47,149 nucleotides of DNA from Deltaproteobacteria bacterium (lineage in GTDB: Bacteria > Desulfobacterota > WTBG01 > CAIYCZ01 > CAIRTM01). The stretch lies in contig JAFGCP010000019.1 in assembly GCA_016932595.1 (NCBI GenBank), positions 1 through 47,149 of the forward strand. The letters run 5' to 3'. Of this stretch, positions 9,178 through 18,400 are shown piece after piece (the stretch's first letter is position 1; every line of letters begins with the position of its first letter). The notes under the pieces are model-generated. The model worked only from the letters and a program-made list of their open reading frames with translations, was not told where the DNA came from and did no database searches. A program made the translations under genes and the position numbers.

Positions 9178-10373
9178 TGCTGCGCCTGTGTTTTTTTGCG
9201 GGCAACCAGCATATTTGATTGATTGGCATAGCCCAGACGGAAGCCGAGTTTTTTTGAATCCTGGGCATAGGCTTCCTTCAAATCCTTTTCAAGATGCACC
9301 TTGAAAAGCTCTATGGGAGCGGAGTACGTGCCATAGAGCCTGATATCCCATGCATCCTTATCAAAAAAACGGTACGGTATGGCCGAATCATCCTGCACAA
9401 CAGCAGCGCTTTTTTCCAGTATCAGGGAGCGTATGTTTGAAAAATAGTTCTTGTGCATCAGATACGAGGCTGATTTCACATAGGTAATGCTGCCCGGCTG
9501 AAGATGCTGAAGGAACGCCCGCACATTCCCCCTGCGTTCGAGACCCTTGTCTGAAATATCGGCGCTGATATATATAAGATTGCGCATATGCGTATCGCCC
9601 CTGCCTTGAAATGCAAAGGCAACTCCCCGCGGAACATGTTTATAGCCTTTACTTCCTGGTCCGGCATCGCGATAAACGATTGTTCCGTTATCTGTGAGAT
9701 CAATAAAACGCATGTCTGCAATGTGATTTCCCGTGCGGGCAAGAAACAGCATCAAAACCGGTGTTGTGCCGGTTATAAGCTTATGATTGATCTCTTCGGC
9801 CATATCGTTTGTTCTAAAAAAGCTGAGGGTAAGCGCATCGGATATGGAGAGATCAAGCATTTTAAAGAAAGGGCCGAGTTTTGCTCCTTGCAGCTTTTCG
9901 GGTTCTGGAGCGCAGCCCACCGGCTCAAGCCCCACTAAGATATACGTGTCGGCATAAGGGAAAAACGAATGGGCATACAGAAAATCCGGGCCGCTGAAGG
10001 GATAAAAAAGCGTCCGGCAGTCCCTGCTCAAATCGGGTATTTCAGCCTGTGCCCAGCCTGTGATCTTTTTAATTTTTGTAGCGGAGAAATGTTTCCATGT
10101 ACCTCCGGTAACAGAAGCATAGTTAATCCAGATGGCGTTTTTTGTCAGGCTGTACAGTCCGCTCCCAGCGGAAATCTTCATGCCCGCTATGTACCGGGCA
10201 ATATCATTAAACCGAACAATAGTCGGCTCCGGTGTTTTAACGTCAGCAGAAAACCGGGGGGTTGAGTTGTTGTCCGGGGCAACCGGCATGACCTGTTGCG
10301 CACGGCAGAACGCAGCAGGCAGGGCTAGAAGCACCATCAGCATGATATAAAAAAAAATTTTTCTTTTTTCCAT
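9174..10373 (-). CDS. secreted conserved-looking hypothetical protein
   Basis: 399-aa ORF with an N-terminal signal peptide. It is tightly packed between the permease (11-nt gap) and the hydrolase (4-nt overlap). No motif I can assign. FYPFSGPDF is a distinctive stretch. Confidence 0.7.
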   Translation of the reverse strand: MEKRKIFFYIMLMVLLALPAAFCRAQQVMPVAPDNNSTPRFSADVKTPEPTIVRFNDIARYIAGMKISAGSGLYSLTKNAIWINYASVTGGTWKHFSATKIKKITGWAQAEIPDLSRDCRTLFYPFSGPDFLYAHSFFPYADTYILVGLEPVGCAPEPEKLQGAKLGPFFKMLDLSISDALTLSFFRTNDMAEEINHKLITGTTPVLMLFLARTGNHIADMRFIDLTDNGTIVYRDAGPGSKGYKHVPRGVAFAFQGRGDTHMRNLIYISADISDKGLERRGNVRAFLQHLQPGSITYVKSASYLMHKNYFSNIRSLILEKSAAVVQDDSAIPYRFFDKDAWDIRLYGTYSAPIELFKVHLEKDLKEAYAQDSKKLGFRLGYANQSNMLVARKKTQAQQ

Positions 10374-10384
10374 AAAAACCCCCG

Positions 10385-11716
10385 CTAAGCCTCATTGCCT
10401 GCAGTTGCAGACCTGCTTATATAATAAAACACAAGCCCCAGAATCATGGTTAATACTCCTGACAGCGAAGCAACGGGCCGCTCCACAAGCAGGTACACAA
10501 GATTCCATCCCATAATGACCAGAAAAATAATCGGCACCACCGGATAGCCCCAGGTCTTATACGGACGGGGCAAATCGACAAATCGCCTGCGGCTGACAAA
10601 AACTCCCAGCACGGTCAGAAACGTGCATAAATTAAGCGCAAAGCCGACATAGATGAGGACGGTTTCAAACGATGAGGTGAGTATAAGCACGAGGCTGACC
10701 ACCGATTGAAACAGCATTGCCGTCAGAGGGACACTGCGCCTGGTGCGGAATGAAAAAAGCCTCAAAAGCGGATAGTCCTCACCTATAGCTTGTGTTATCC
10801 GGGGGCCGACAAAAACAAATGCGCTTATGGATGAAACCAGCAGCACGGATATAATGCACCCGACAATATCCCGGCCACGGGGGCCAAAAATATTGCCGGC
10901 AGAAATATAGCCGACTTCGATCTGGCCGGCAAGCTCACTGACGGTTGCTGTTGCCAGAAACGTATAATTAAGCAGCAGATACAGAACAGCCACCACTGCC
11001 GTTCCAAGCAATAATGACAGCGGTAAATTTTTCTGGGGCCGTTCGATCTCTCCAGCAATATAGGCTGATGCATTCCAGCCTGAAAATGCATACGATACAT
11101 ACACGAGTGAGACGGCAAAAGCAGGAGATGCAATATCCTTGAAAAAGCCCGTATCCAAGACAAGCGGCACGGGAATGCGTGTGTCCGAAAAAAACAGTCC
11201 GCAAATGACAAAAAAAAGTATCAGGATGATGGTGCAGGATGAGAATATATTTTGGAAGGATGTACCGACGTTGAAACCCGTTGCCTGTATAAGCGTAATA
11301 ACCACAAGGACCGCTACAGCAAGCGTCTGCGGCGGTGCTAGAGGGAATACGCCAGAGAAATACGCCCCGAAAGCCATAGAGGCGAGTGCGATAGGCGCCG
11401 GAAAACCGACAAAAACCGAAACCCAGCCTGAAAGAAAGCCGACCGACGGATGATAAATTCTGGAAAGATACTGATACTCCCCGCCGGAGCGCGGCATGCT
11501 AGCCCCAAGCTCGCCATAAACCATTGCTCCGCACAGTGCGGCCAGCGCTCCTATACCCCACAGGAGCAGCACTGCCAGGGGGTGCTTGATTCCCTCAAGC
11601 TGAAACCCCAGGGAAGTAAAAACTCCCGTACCTATCATGTTTGCGATCACAAGCGCAAAAGCGCCTGCAACACTTACTTTCCGGGAAACATTGTCAGCTG
11701 ACACATACCACCGCAC
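10385..11716 (-). CDS. APC-superfamily amino-acid permease
   Basis: 443 aa with about 12 hydrophobic segments. The N-terminal signature is ALVIANMIGTGVFTSLGFQ. Confidence 0.85.
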   Translation of the reverse strand: MRWYVSADNVSRKVSVAGAFALVIANMIGTGVFTSLGFQLEGIKHPLAVLLLWGIGALAALCGAMVYGELGASMPRSGGEYQYLSRIYHPSVGFLSGWVSVFVGFPAPIALASMAFGAYFSGVFPLAPPQTLAVAVLVVITLIQATGFNVGTSFQNIFSSCTIILILFFVICGLFFSDTRIPVPLVLDTGFFKDIASPAFAVSLVYVSYAFSGWNASAYIAGEIERPQKNLPLSLLLGTAVVAVLYLLLNYTFLATATVSELAGQIEVGYISAGNIFGPRGRDIVGCIISVLLVSSISAFVFVGPRITQAIGEDYPLLRLFSFRTRRSVPLTAMLFQSVVSLVLILTSSFETVLIYVGFALNLCTFLTVLGVFVSRRRFVDLPRPYKTWGYPVVPIIFLVIMGWNLVYLLVERPVASLSGVLTMILGLVFYYISRSATAGNEA

Positions 11717-11865
11717 TATCAGGATACCGGCACATTTTCACATGGCTAAACATTGAACATCCTGCCGTACCGTTAGATTCCAAGAAGAACAGATTTGAAA
11801 TACGCCACCGTTAAACAACGTATACGCATAACACTGCAATGCGGCAAAAACATACGATCTGCTCT

Positions 11866-11995
11866 AGTGGGTCATGACAGTTGTTTTTGATGGGTCTCTC
11901 CTGTAGGAGCGGCTTCAGCCGCGAAACAATCGCACCTAAAGGTGCTCCTACAATGCAAACCATATGACCACCAATTTAAAAAGTCATAAGCCACC
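11866..11995. repeat. MITE/REP-like element with a Y-shaped palindromic core
   Basis: Imperfect terminal inverted repeats GTGGGTCATGAC (11868-11879) and GTCATAAGCCAC (11983-11994). The core (11902-11952) is TGTAGGA[GCGGC-ttca-GCCGC]gaaacaatc[GCACC-taaa-GGTGC]TCCTACA. Confidence 0.5.
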
Positions 11996-12006
11996 AGGGA
12001 GACTGA

Positions 12007-12372
12007 TTACATCATTGATAAATTTTTGATCTCCTTGAGGTTGGACTGAACATAGGTCTTTATTTTGTCCTGATGCTCGGGCAGAAGTTTAGTAAATTGA
12101 ATGCCCATACCTGCAGGGAAAACTTTTGACTTTGGATTTGTCCATACCACACGGCCTTCAATCGTCATGGTTTCCTGATCATCCGGCAACCGTATATGCA
12201 TGGTAACTTCGGCATCGATGGTCAAGGGTTTATCCGTCTTTAGAAAAAGGCCGCCATTATTAACATTCAGCATATAAGACCTTACAAAAGAACCCTTTTC
12301 CCGGAACTTAATTTCTATGTTTGTTGCTATCCGGGGGCTTTCTCGTGTCTCCTTAACCATTATCTGCTCCAC
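12007..12372 (-). CDS. PilZ-domain protein (putative c-di-GMP receptor)
   Basis: 121 aa. RESPR (RxxxR) is followed about 30 aa later by NVNNGG (a D/NxSxxG-like motif). The C-terminal GMGIQF is typical of the single-domain PilZ/TIGR02266 type. Confidence 0.75.
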   Translation of the reverse strand: MEQIMVKETRESPRIATNIEIKFREKGSFVRSYMLNVNNGGLFLKTDKPLTIDAEVTMHIRLPDDQETMTIEGRVVWTNPKSKVFPAGMGIQFTKLLPEHQDKIKTYVQSNLKEIKNLSMM

Positions 12373-12518
12373 AAAAATTATTTGAGCTGTTGTTATTTGT
12401 GATATAGTTTAAATAACCATTTCAAATACTTGAATACACTGGTTGTTCACTAAAAATCAAATTCCAGGGCGTTTTTGCATGTCGTGCATACATATAATTT
12501 CAGCCACTTACTCCACAC

Positions 12519-12534
12519 TGGCACTACCCGAGCA
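12519..12534 (+). promoter_or_regulatory. possible sigma-54 promoter (TGGCAC-N5-GAGCA)
   Basis: GG at 12520-21 and GC at 12532-33 have the canonical -24/-12 spacing. The site is 235 nt upstream of the STAS gene. The -12 element is imperfect. Confidence 0.3.
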
Positions 12535-12767
12535 TGAAAATTTTTTATAACAAACATAAGGCCAGACCATAGTAATTCTGTGATATAATAGGTGAAAGAC
12601 TCAGGCCAGTCAATTGATAAATCAGGCAGTTGTCGACAGTTGATTGTTTTGGCGGCAGGGCATATACGGCAGACGCCATACAATACTTGGGCTCTAAAAA
12701 AATACTATTCCAAGGACACCTGGACTGCTATAATAAAATTTAAACCGATACAGATGGCGAGGTGCAC

Positions 12768-13109
12768 ATGGATACAAAAACCACAAGGAACGCCCATTCC
12801 ACCGTCAAAATCGAAGGGAACCTCGATGGTCAAAAATCCGATGAACTGATGATCGCCGTTGAACAAAAGATAGTTCCCGGCAATGTCGATATTCTTGTGG
12901 ATTTCGAAAATGTCGAATACATCTCCAGCATGGGGATCGGAACGCTTATTTCACTGTACCGTGATATAAAGGAAAAAAACGGGCGCCTGATCATTTACGG
13001 CATCAGGGATGTGGTAAAAGATATTTTTGACCGTACGCAACTTAATAAACGGCTGCTCATCTGCGAAACTGAAAAAGAGGCCCTCGATCTGCTGTACAAT
13101 AAACCATAA
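12768..13109 (+). CDS. STAS-domain anti-sigma-factor antagonist (SpoIIAA/RsbV-like)
   Basis: VDFENVEYISSMGIGTLISL contains the conserved phosphorylatable Ser context. I prefer the ATG at 12768 (GAGG 6 nt upstream) over the track's GTG at 12762. Confidence 0.85.
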   Translation: MDTKTTRNAHSTVKIEGNLDGQKSDELMIAVEQKIVPGNVDILVDFENVEYISSMGIGTLISLYRDIKEKNGRLIIYGIRDVVKDIFDRTQLNKRLLICETEKEALDLLYNKP

Positions 13110-13155
13110 GTAACAAAACAGTGCTGCGCATGCGTCATACGGACCTTAGTTCATA

Positions 13156-14088
13156 ATGCTCTCATCACTAAACACCACCAAGCCAGCTGCTCCTCTTCAT
13201 GTTCTCATTGTGGACGATAATCCGACAATCACCCGTCTTATCGAACTGCAAATGAGCAAAGCGGGCTACTGCTGCGCCACCGCAGCAAACGGTGAGGAGG
13301 CACTGCAAAAAATAAATAAAAATAATTTTGATCTTGTCATAAGCGATATTTCCATGCCGGGAATAAGCGGCCTGGAGCTTCTCACCTCGATTAAAAGGAA
13401 AAAACCGCATCTGCCCGTACTTATCATAACCGGCCATGCAACCATCGAAAATGCTGTAAAGGCGCTTCGCCTTGGAGCGATCAACTTTATTACAAAACCC
13501 ATCAGATTTGATGAAGTATTTGAGACAATCAACAAAGTTCTCGACATCTACAAGCAAAAAAAAGCCATTCATGCATCGGCCAAATACCTTATTCAGGAAG
13601 CCCGGCATTTTGTCATCCCGACAAGCCAACTGTATGTCAGCGACCTTGCCACCTATTTGACCGAACCCCTCGAACAAATCTCCCTGGTAGATACAGCCTG
13701 CAGAAAAAGCGTGACAATGGCCATCTATGAAACGCTCACCAATGCTGTTGAGCATGGGAACCTGGAGCTGGATTCATCGCTTAAATTCAAAAAAAATGGC
13801 GGCATGGCTGCTTTCAAAAACATGAAGGAACAACGCATGCATGATCCGGCTTATGCCTCGCGCAAAGTGACCATCCAGAGCGCCATTACCGCGACGATGG
13901 CTCAGTTCACCATAGCCGATGAAGGAGCAGGTTTTGATTATAACGCTCTCGTCAACCCCACGAGCGAAGACTGCATTGAAAAGCCTCATGGCCGCGGCAT
14001 TTTTCTTATACAGCAAATATTTGACGAGGTCAGATTCAATCACTCCGGCAACAGCATCTCACTTGTACTGCGCAAAAAAAACATCTGA
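13156..14088 (+). CDS. response-regulator receiver fused to an RsbW/SpoIIAB-like HATPase (serine kinase / anti-sigma) domain
   Basis: REC domain: VLIVDDNP...DLVISDISMPG...ITKP. C-terminal N-box ETLTNAVEHGN, G1 ADEGAGFD, G2 HGRGIFL. Confidence 0.8.
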   Translation: MLSSLNTTKPAAPLHVLIVDDNPTITRLIELQMSKAGYCCATAANGEEALQKINKNNFDLVISDISMPGISGLELLTSIKRKKPHLPVLIITGHATIENAVKALRLGAINFITKPIRFDEVFETINKVLDIYKQKKAIHASAKYLIQEARHFVIPTSQLYVSDLATYLTEPLEQISLVDTACRKSVTMAIYETLTNAVEHGNLELDSSLKFKKNGGMAAFKNMKEQRMHDPAYASRKVTIQSAITATMAQFTIADEGAGFDYNALVNPTSEDCIEKPHGRGIFLIQQIFDEVRFNHSGNSISLVLRKKNI

Positions 14089-14267
14089 AAATAACGTAAG
14101 GCACGCCAAAACATCAGCAAATAAATAAGGCGATAAAAATTTTTTATTTGAAAAAAACTGTTTATTATGATAGGTTTTATTGTTTTTAGAGGCTGCAGCA
14201 CTGTGGTTAAAAACAACCTGTACCGATAAAAATCAATTTACTCAATAACATGGAGGTGTATCGAACA

Positions 14268-14495
14268 ATGTCACGTATATGCAGTATTTGCGGCAAAGGC
14301 CGTCAGGTTGGAAACCAGGTAAGTCATGCCAACAATAAATCCAAAAAAGTCTGGCAACCAAACATACAAAAAGTCCGCACCGTGAACAACGGTACGACCA
14401 AACGCGCATATGTCTGCACGAGATGCATACGCTCCGGTTTTGCCCAGAAGCCTGTTCGCAAAGCAGCCCCAAAAGCAGAGACAGCAACAGCATAG
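14268..14495 (+). CDS. rpmB: 50S ribosomal protein L28
   Basis: [39 protein letters not shown] lies 9 nt upstream of the ATG at 14268. The track ORF begins at an upstream in-frame ATG that lies within the RBS region. Confidence 0.92.
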   Translation: MSRICSICGKGRQVGNQVSHANNKSKKVWQPNIQKVRTVNNGTTKRAYVCTRCIRSGFAQKPVRKAAPKAETATA

Positions 14496-14500
14496 CGGCA

Positions 14501-16660
14501 TCAGGAGCGCAGCCGGGTCACCTTTATAACGCCCTTGACTTGCCTGATGGTTGTCATGACCGCATCAAGCTGCTTCAGACTGCCGATCTCAACCTCAAAA
14601 ATATTGATGGCTTTTTTTTCAGGCGTTGTGCGAATTCGGGCGTTAATAATATTGACTCCCGTAGTTGAAATGGCTGCCGTAATGTCTGCAAGAATGCCTT
14701 TCATATCATCACAGATCACCTCAACGGGAACGGAGGCCAGATGTTTGGAGCTCACATCCCATTGGGCATCAAGAATCCGGTCAGGATCGGAACTCTGCAA
14801 AAAGGGGCACTCAACGGTATGAACCGTAATGCCCCTTCCCCGCGTAATAAATCCGCGAATATCATCTCCATGAACAGGGTTGCAGCATTTACCGTATCGA
14901 ACCATAAGATCATCTATGCCATTGACGCTGATGCCCCTGCCTGCCTTGTCAGTTGCTTTTTTAACAACTGAAGCGTTATATTCCTTATCTTGTTTTTTTT
15001 CATCAGTGAGTTCTTTAGGCAAAATGCGGTTGATCAATTGTTTGACACTCACCCGGCCCTGGCCGACTGCGGCAAAAAGATCATCCAGTGTTTTCACATC
15101 CCGGCCTGCAGAGGAAAAAAGATCCGCACCCTTGTGAAGGCTTGCAATACCCAGCTTATGCTTGCGCAACTCCCGCTCACAGATATCGCGCCCAAGCGTC
15201 AGGCTCCTTTCACGCTCCTGCGACTTGACGCACTGGTGAATCTTGTTGCGCGCGCGCGTGGTTTTTACAAATTTCAGCCAGTCCCGGCTGGGCATATGGT
15301 TCGCCTGGGTGAGAATTTCAACCACGTCGCCGGTTTTCAGCTCATAGCGCAGCGGAACTATTGCGCCATTGGCCTTGGCGCCTATACACTTATTGCCGAT
15401 GCTGGTGTGAATGCGATACGCAAAGTCAACGGGTGTTGCCCCCTTGGGCAGTTGAACCACTTCGCCGGCCGGCGTAAACACATACACCTCATCCGGGAAA
15501 ACATCCACCCGAAATGTTTCTAGAAAATCCCGTGAATCCTTCAGCTCACTCTGCGTTTCCATAACCTGCTGGAGCCAGGCAAATCGGTGGTCGTCCTTCT
15601 GTTGAATATAGCGGCCTTCCTTATAGCGCCAGTGAGCGGCAATGCCCTGCTTGGCTATGCGGTCCATATCCTCGGTGCGGATCTGAATTTCAATGCGCTG
15701 GCCATAGGGACCGATCACCGTGGTATGCAGGGACTGATACATATTGGTTTTGGGCATGGAAATATAGTCTTTAAACCGTCCGGGAACCGGCTTCCAGATC
15801 GAGTGAATCATGCCGAGAACTTCATAGCATTCCTGCCGCGACAAAACGATGATGCGAAAGGCCGTGATATCATAGATTTCCGTAAAATTCAGGTTCTGAT
15901 CGATCATCTTGCTGTAGATACTGTAAATGTGCTTGGGCCGCCCCTGCACCAGTGCCTTAATCCCGAATTCCTGAAGCTTTTCTTCAATGATGCCGATCAC
16001 TTCGGCAACATATTTCACCCGCTGTTCTGCCGTAACAACGAGGTTGCTCTCAATATCCTGATACACCTCCGGATGCGTATAGCTCAGGCCCAGGTCTTCA
16101 AGCTCGCTCTTAATCTCATAGAGCCCCAAACGATTTGCAAGCGGCGCGTAAATATCAAGGGTCTGCTGGGCTATTTTCTTCTGCTTGTCTGCAGGCACAT
16201 ATTGCAGGGTGCGCATATTGTGCACACGGTCCGCCATTTTTACAAGTATCACGCGAATGTCTTTCGACATTGCTAAAATCATTTTCCGGAAATTTTCAGC
16301 CTGGCGCTCCTCATGGCTTGTACTGGCAATTTTGCTGATTTTAGTTACGCCATCGACTAAAAACGCCACTTCATGACCAAAAATCTTTTCGATTTCATCA
16401 AGAGTGGCGTAAGTGTCTTCAACCGTGTCGTGCAGAAGGCCGGTGGAAACCGTATATTCATCAAGGTTCAAATCGGCAAGAATTTTTGCCACGCCCAGCG
16501 GGTGTATCAGATAGGGTTCGCCCGAAAGGCGTGTCTGCCCGTGATGCACTTTGGCAGAATAGACATAGGCTCTCTGCACGAGTCCCGTATTAGCCTCAGG
16601 ATGATACGAGACAACCTGCTCTATGATATCATTTATGCGGGCAATGACCGGCTTGTTCAT
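14501..16660 (-). CDS. relA: bifunctional (p)ppGpp synthetase/hydrolase (RelA/SpoT homologue)
   Basis: 719 aa. HD hydrolase motif HHGQTRLSGEPYLIHPLGVA...HDTVEDT, then synthetase, TGS and ACT regions. Confidence 0.95.
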   Translation of the reverse strand: MNKPVIARINDIIEQVVSYHPEANTGLVQRAYVYSAKVHHGQTRLSGEPYLIHPLGVAKILADLNLDEYTVSTGLLHDTVEDTYATLDEIEKIFGHEVAFLVDGVTKISKIASTSHEERQAENFRKMILAMSKDIRVILVKMADRVHNMRTLQYVPADKQKKIAQQTLDIYAPLANRLGLYEIKSELEDLGLSYTHPEVYQDIESNLVVTAEQRVKYVAEVIGIIEEKLQEFGIKALVQGRPKHIYSIYSKMIDQNLNFTEIYDITAFRIIVLSRQECYEVLGMIHSIWKPVPGRFKDYISMPKTNMYQSLHTTVIGPYGQRIEIQIRTEDMDRIAKQGIAAHWRYKEGRYIQQKDDHRFAWLQQVMETQSELKDSRDFLETFRVDVFPDEVYVFTPAGEVVQLPKGATPVDFAYRIHTSIGNKCIGAKANGAIVPLRYELKTGDVVEILTQANHMPSRDWLKFVKTTRARNKIHQCVKSQERERSLTLGRDICERELRKHKLGIASLHKGADLFSSAGRDVKTLDDLFAAVGQGRVSVKQLINRILPKELTDEKKQDKEYNASVVKKATDKAGRGISVNGIDDLMVRYGKCCNPVHGDDIRGFITRGRGITVHTVECPFLQSSDPDRILDAQWDVSSKHLASVPVEVICDDMKGILADITAAISTTGVNIINARIRTTPEKKAINIFEVEIGSLKQLDAVMTTIRQVKGVIKVTRLRS

Positions 16661-18375
16661 ACCTCTGGCTGTTTCAGCCGGCGCTCAATGACGGCAACCG
16701 CATCGTCAATCGCCACCTGCTGGGCCTCTCCGCCCTTTCTTTCCTTGATATCAAGATATTTTTTTTCTACTGCATTTTTGCCGACCGTCACGCGGAGGGG
16801 TACGCCAATCAGGTCCGCATCCTTAAACTTGCTGCCGGGGCGCTCGTCACGGTCATCAAGCAGCACGTCCACTCCCTTGGCAGCAAGACCGTTGTACAGA
16901 TTAACTGCTATTTCCATCTGCACGGCATCATTGGTGTTGACCGGAACCACAATAACGGAAAACGGCGCTATCGGTTCAGGGAAAATAATGCCGTTTTCAT
17001 CATGCGACTGCTCAATTGCAGCGGCGACCGTGCGCCCCACACCAATACCATAACAGCCCATGATCATCGGCTGGGCTTTGCCCTCACGGTCGAGATAGCT
17101 GCAGTTCATTGCCTTGCTGTATTTCGTTCCAAGCTTGAAAATATGCCCGACTTCGATGCCGCGCGTGGTAGACAGGAGCTTATTGCAGCGTGGGCAGCTA
17201 TCCCCGGCCTGCGCAGAGCGAAGGTCGGCAAACTCATCTACCGATACATCCCGTCCGAAATTCACGTTAACGACATGCACATCGCGCTCATTGCCGCCAG
17301 TCACCATGTTGCAGCAGCCCTGGAGGCCGTAATCTGCAATGATGCGGACATTTTTCATGCCAATCGGGCCGGCAAACCCCCGTGGCGCACCGGTGATTTT
17401 TTCAATCACCTCCTCCCCGGCAAGCTCCAGGCTATCGCACTTGAGATAATTGCGCAGCTTCACCTCATTGATATCATGATCGCCCCGCACCAATGCGACA
17501 ACAGGGCCCTGCGAGCTGGTGAAGACCAGTGTTTTAATCAAATCTTCAGGCAAAACGTTCAGGAAGCCGGCAACCTCCTCAATGGTTCGCATATCAGGGG
17601 TTTCGACACGTTTAAGGGCCTGAAACTTTGCGGGATCGGCATCACTGACAACAGGTTTCGCAATCTCAGCCTTTTCCGTATTTGCGGCATAATCGCAGCC
17701 CGTGCAGGTAACGATAATATCCTCTCCAGTGTCGGCAAGAACCATAAACTCATGTGAAAAATTGCCGCCGATAGGTCCTGTATCAGCCTCCACCGCCCTG
17801 AAGGTAAGGCCAAGGCGGCTAAAAATCCGGCTATAGGCTTCATACATCTTTCGGTAGCTTTCCTCAGCTCCATTCTCGTCGATGTCGAAGCTGTAGGCAT
17901 CTTTCATTATAAACTCGCGGGCGCGCATCATGCCGAAACGCGGGCGAATTTCATCGCGGAATTTGATATGTATCTGATAGAGATTAATTGGCAGCTGGCG
18001 GTATGAATTTACCGTCGAACGCACAAGATCGGTAATAACCTCTTCATGCGTTGGGCCCAGGCAAAACTGGCGATCGCCGCGGTCCCTGAGGCGGAGCATT
18101 TCCTTGCCGTACACCTCCCAACGGCCGCTTTCCTCCCAAAGCTCGGCAGGCTGAATAAAGGGGAGAAAAACCTCCTGGCCGCCCGCCCTGTTCATCTCCT
18201 CACGAATAATCTGTTTGGTCTTCTGAATGACCCGCTGCCCCAGGGGCAGTGTAGAATAAATTCCTGCAGCAACCTTGCGAATCATGCCTGAGCGCATCAT
18301 CAAACGATGGCTGGCAACCTCCGCCTCCGCTGGATCTTCGCGAAGTGTGGGAATCAATAACTGGGAATAGCGCAT
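16657..18375 (-). CDS. proS: prolyl-tRNA synthetase
   Basis: MRYSQLLIPTLREDPAEAEVASHRLMMRSGMIRKVAAGIY. 572 aa bacterial type with an editing insertion. Confidence 0.95.
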   Translation of the reverse strand: MRYSQLLIPTLREDPAEAEVASHRLMMRSGMIRKVAAGIYSTLPLGQRVIQKTKQIIREEMNRAGGQEVFLPFIQPAELWEESGRWEVYGKEMLRLRDRGDRQFCLGPTHEEVITDLVRSTVNSYRQLPINLYQIHIKFRDEIRPRFGMMRAREFIMKDAYSFDIDENGAEESYRKMYEAYSRIFSRLGLTFRAVEADTGPIGGNFSHEFMVLADTGEDIIVTCTGCDYAANTEKAEIAKPVVSDADPAKFQALKRVETPDMRTIEEVAGFLNVLPEDLIKTLVFTSSQGPVVALVRGDHDINEVKLRNYLKCDSLELAGEEVIEKITGAPRGFAGPIGMKNVRIIADYGLQGCCNMVTGGNERDVHVVNVNFGRDVSVDEFADLRSAQAGDSCPRCNKLLSTTRGIEVGHIFKLGTKYSKAMNCSYLDREGKAQPMIMGCYGIGVGRTVAAAIEQSHDENGIIFPEPIAPFSVIVVPVNTNDAVQMEIAVNLYNGLAAKGVDVLLDDRDERPGSKFKDADLIGVPLRVTVGKNAVEKKYLDIKERKGGEAQQVAIDDAVAVIERRLKQPEV

Positions 18376-18400
18376 CTGTGTTCTCCTTTACTGTTTCAGC

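Noticed and set aside
12450-12683. 77-aa minus-strand ORF with CRIC...CTTC (a zinc-ribbon-like pair) upstream of the PilZ gene
   Set aside because: It has a TTG start with no Shine-Dalgarno, sits in an AT-rich promoter region, and its codon usage is unlike that of its neighbours. It is worth a glance in ribosome profiling data, but I cannot support it from sequence.
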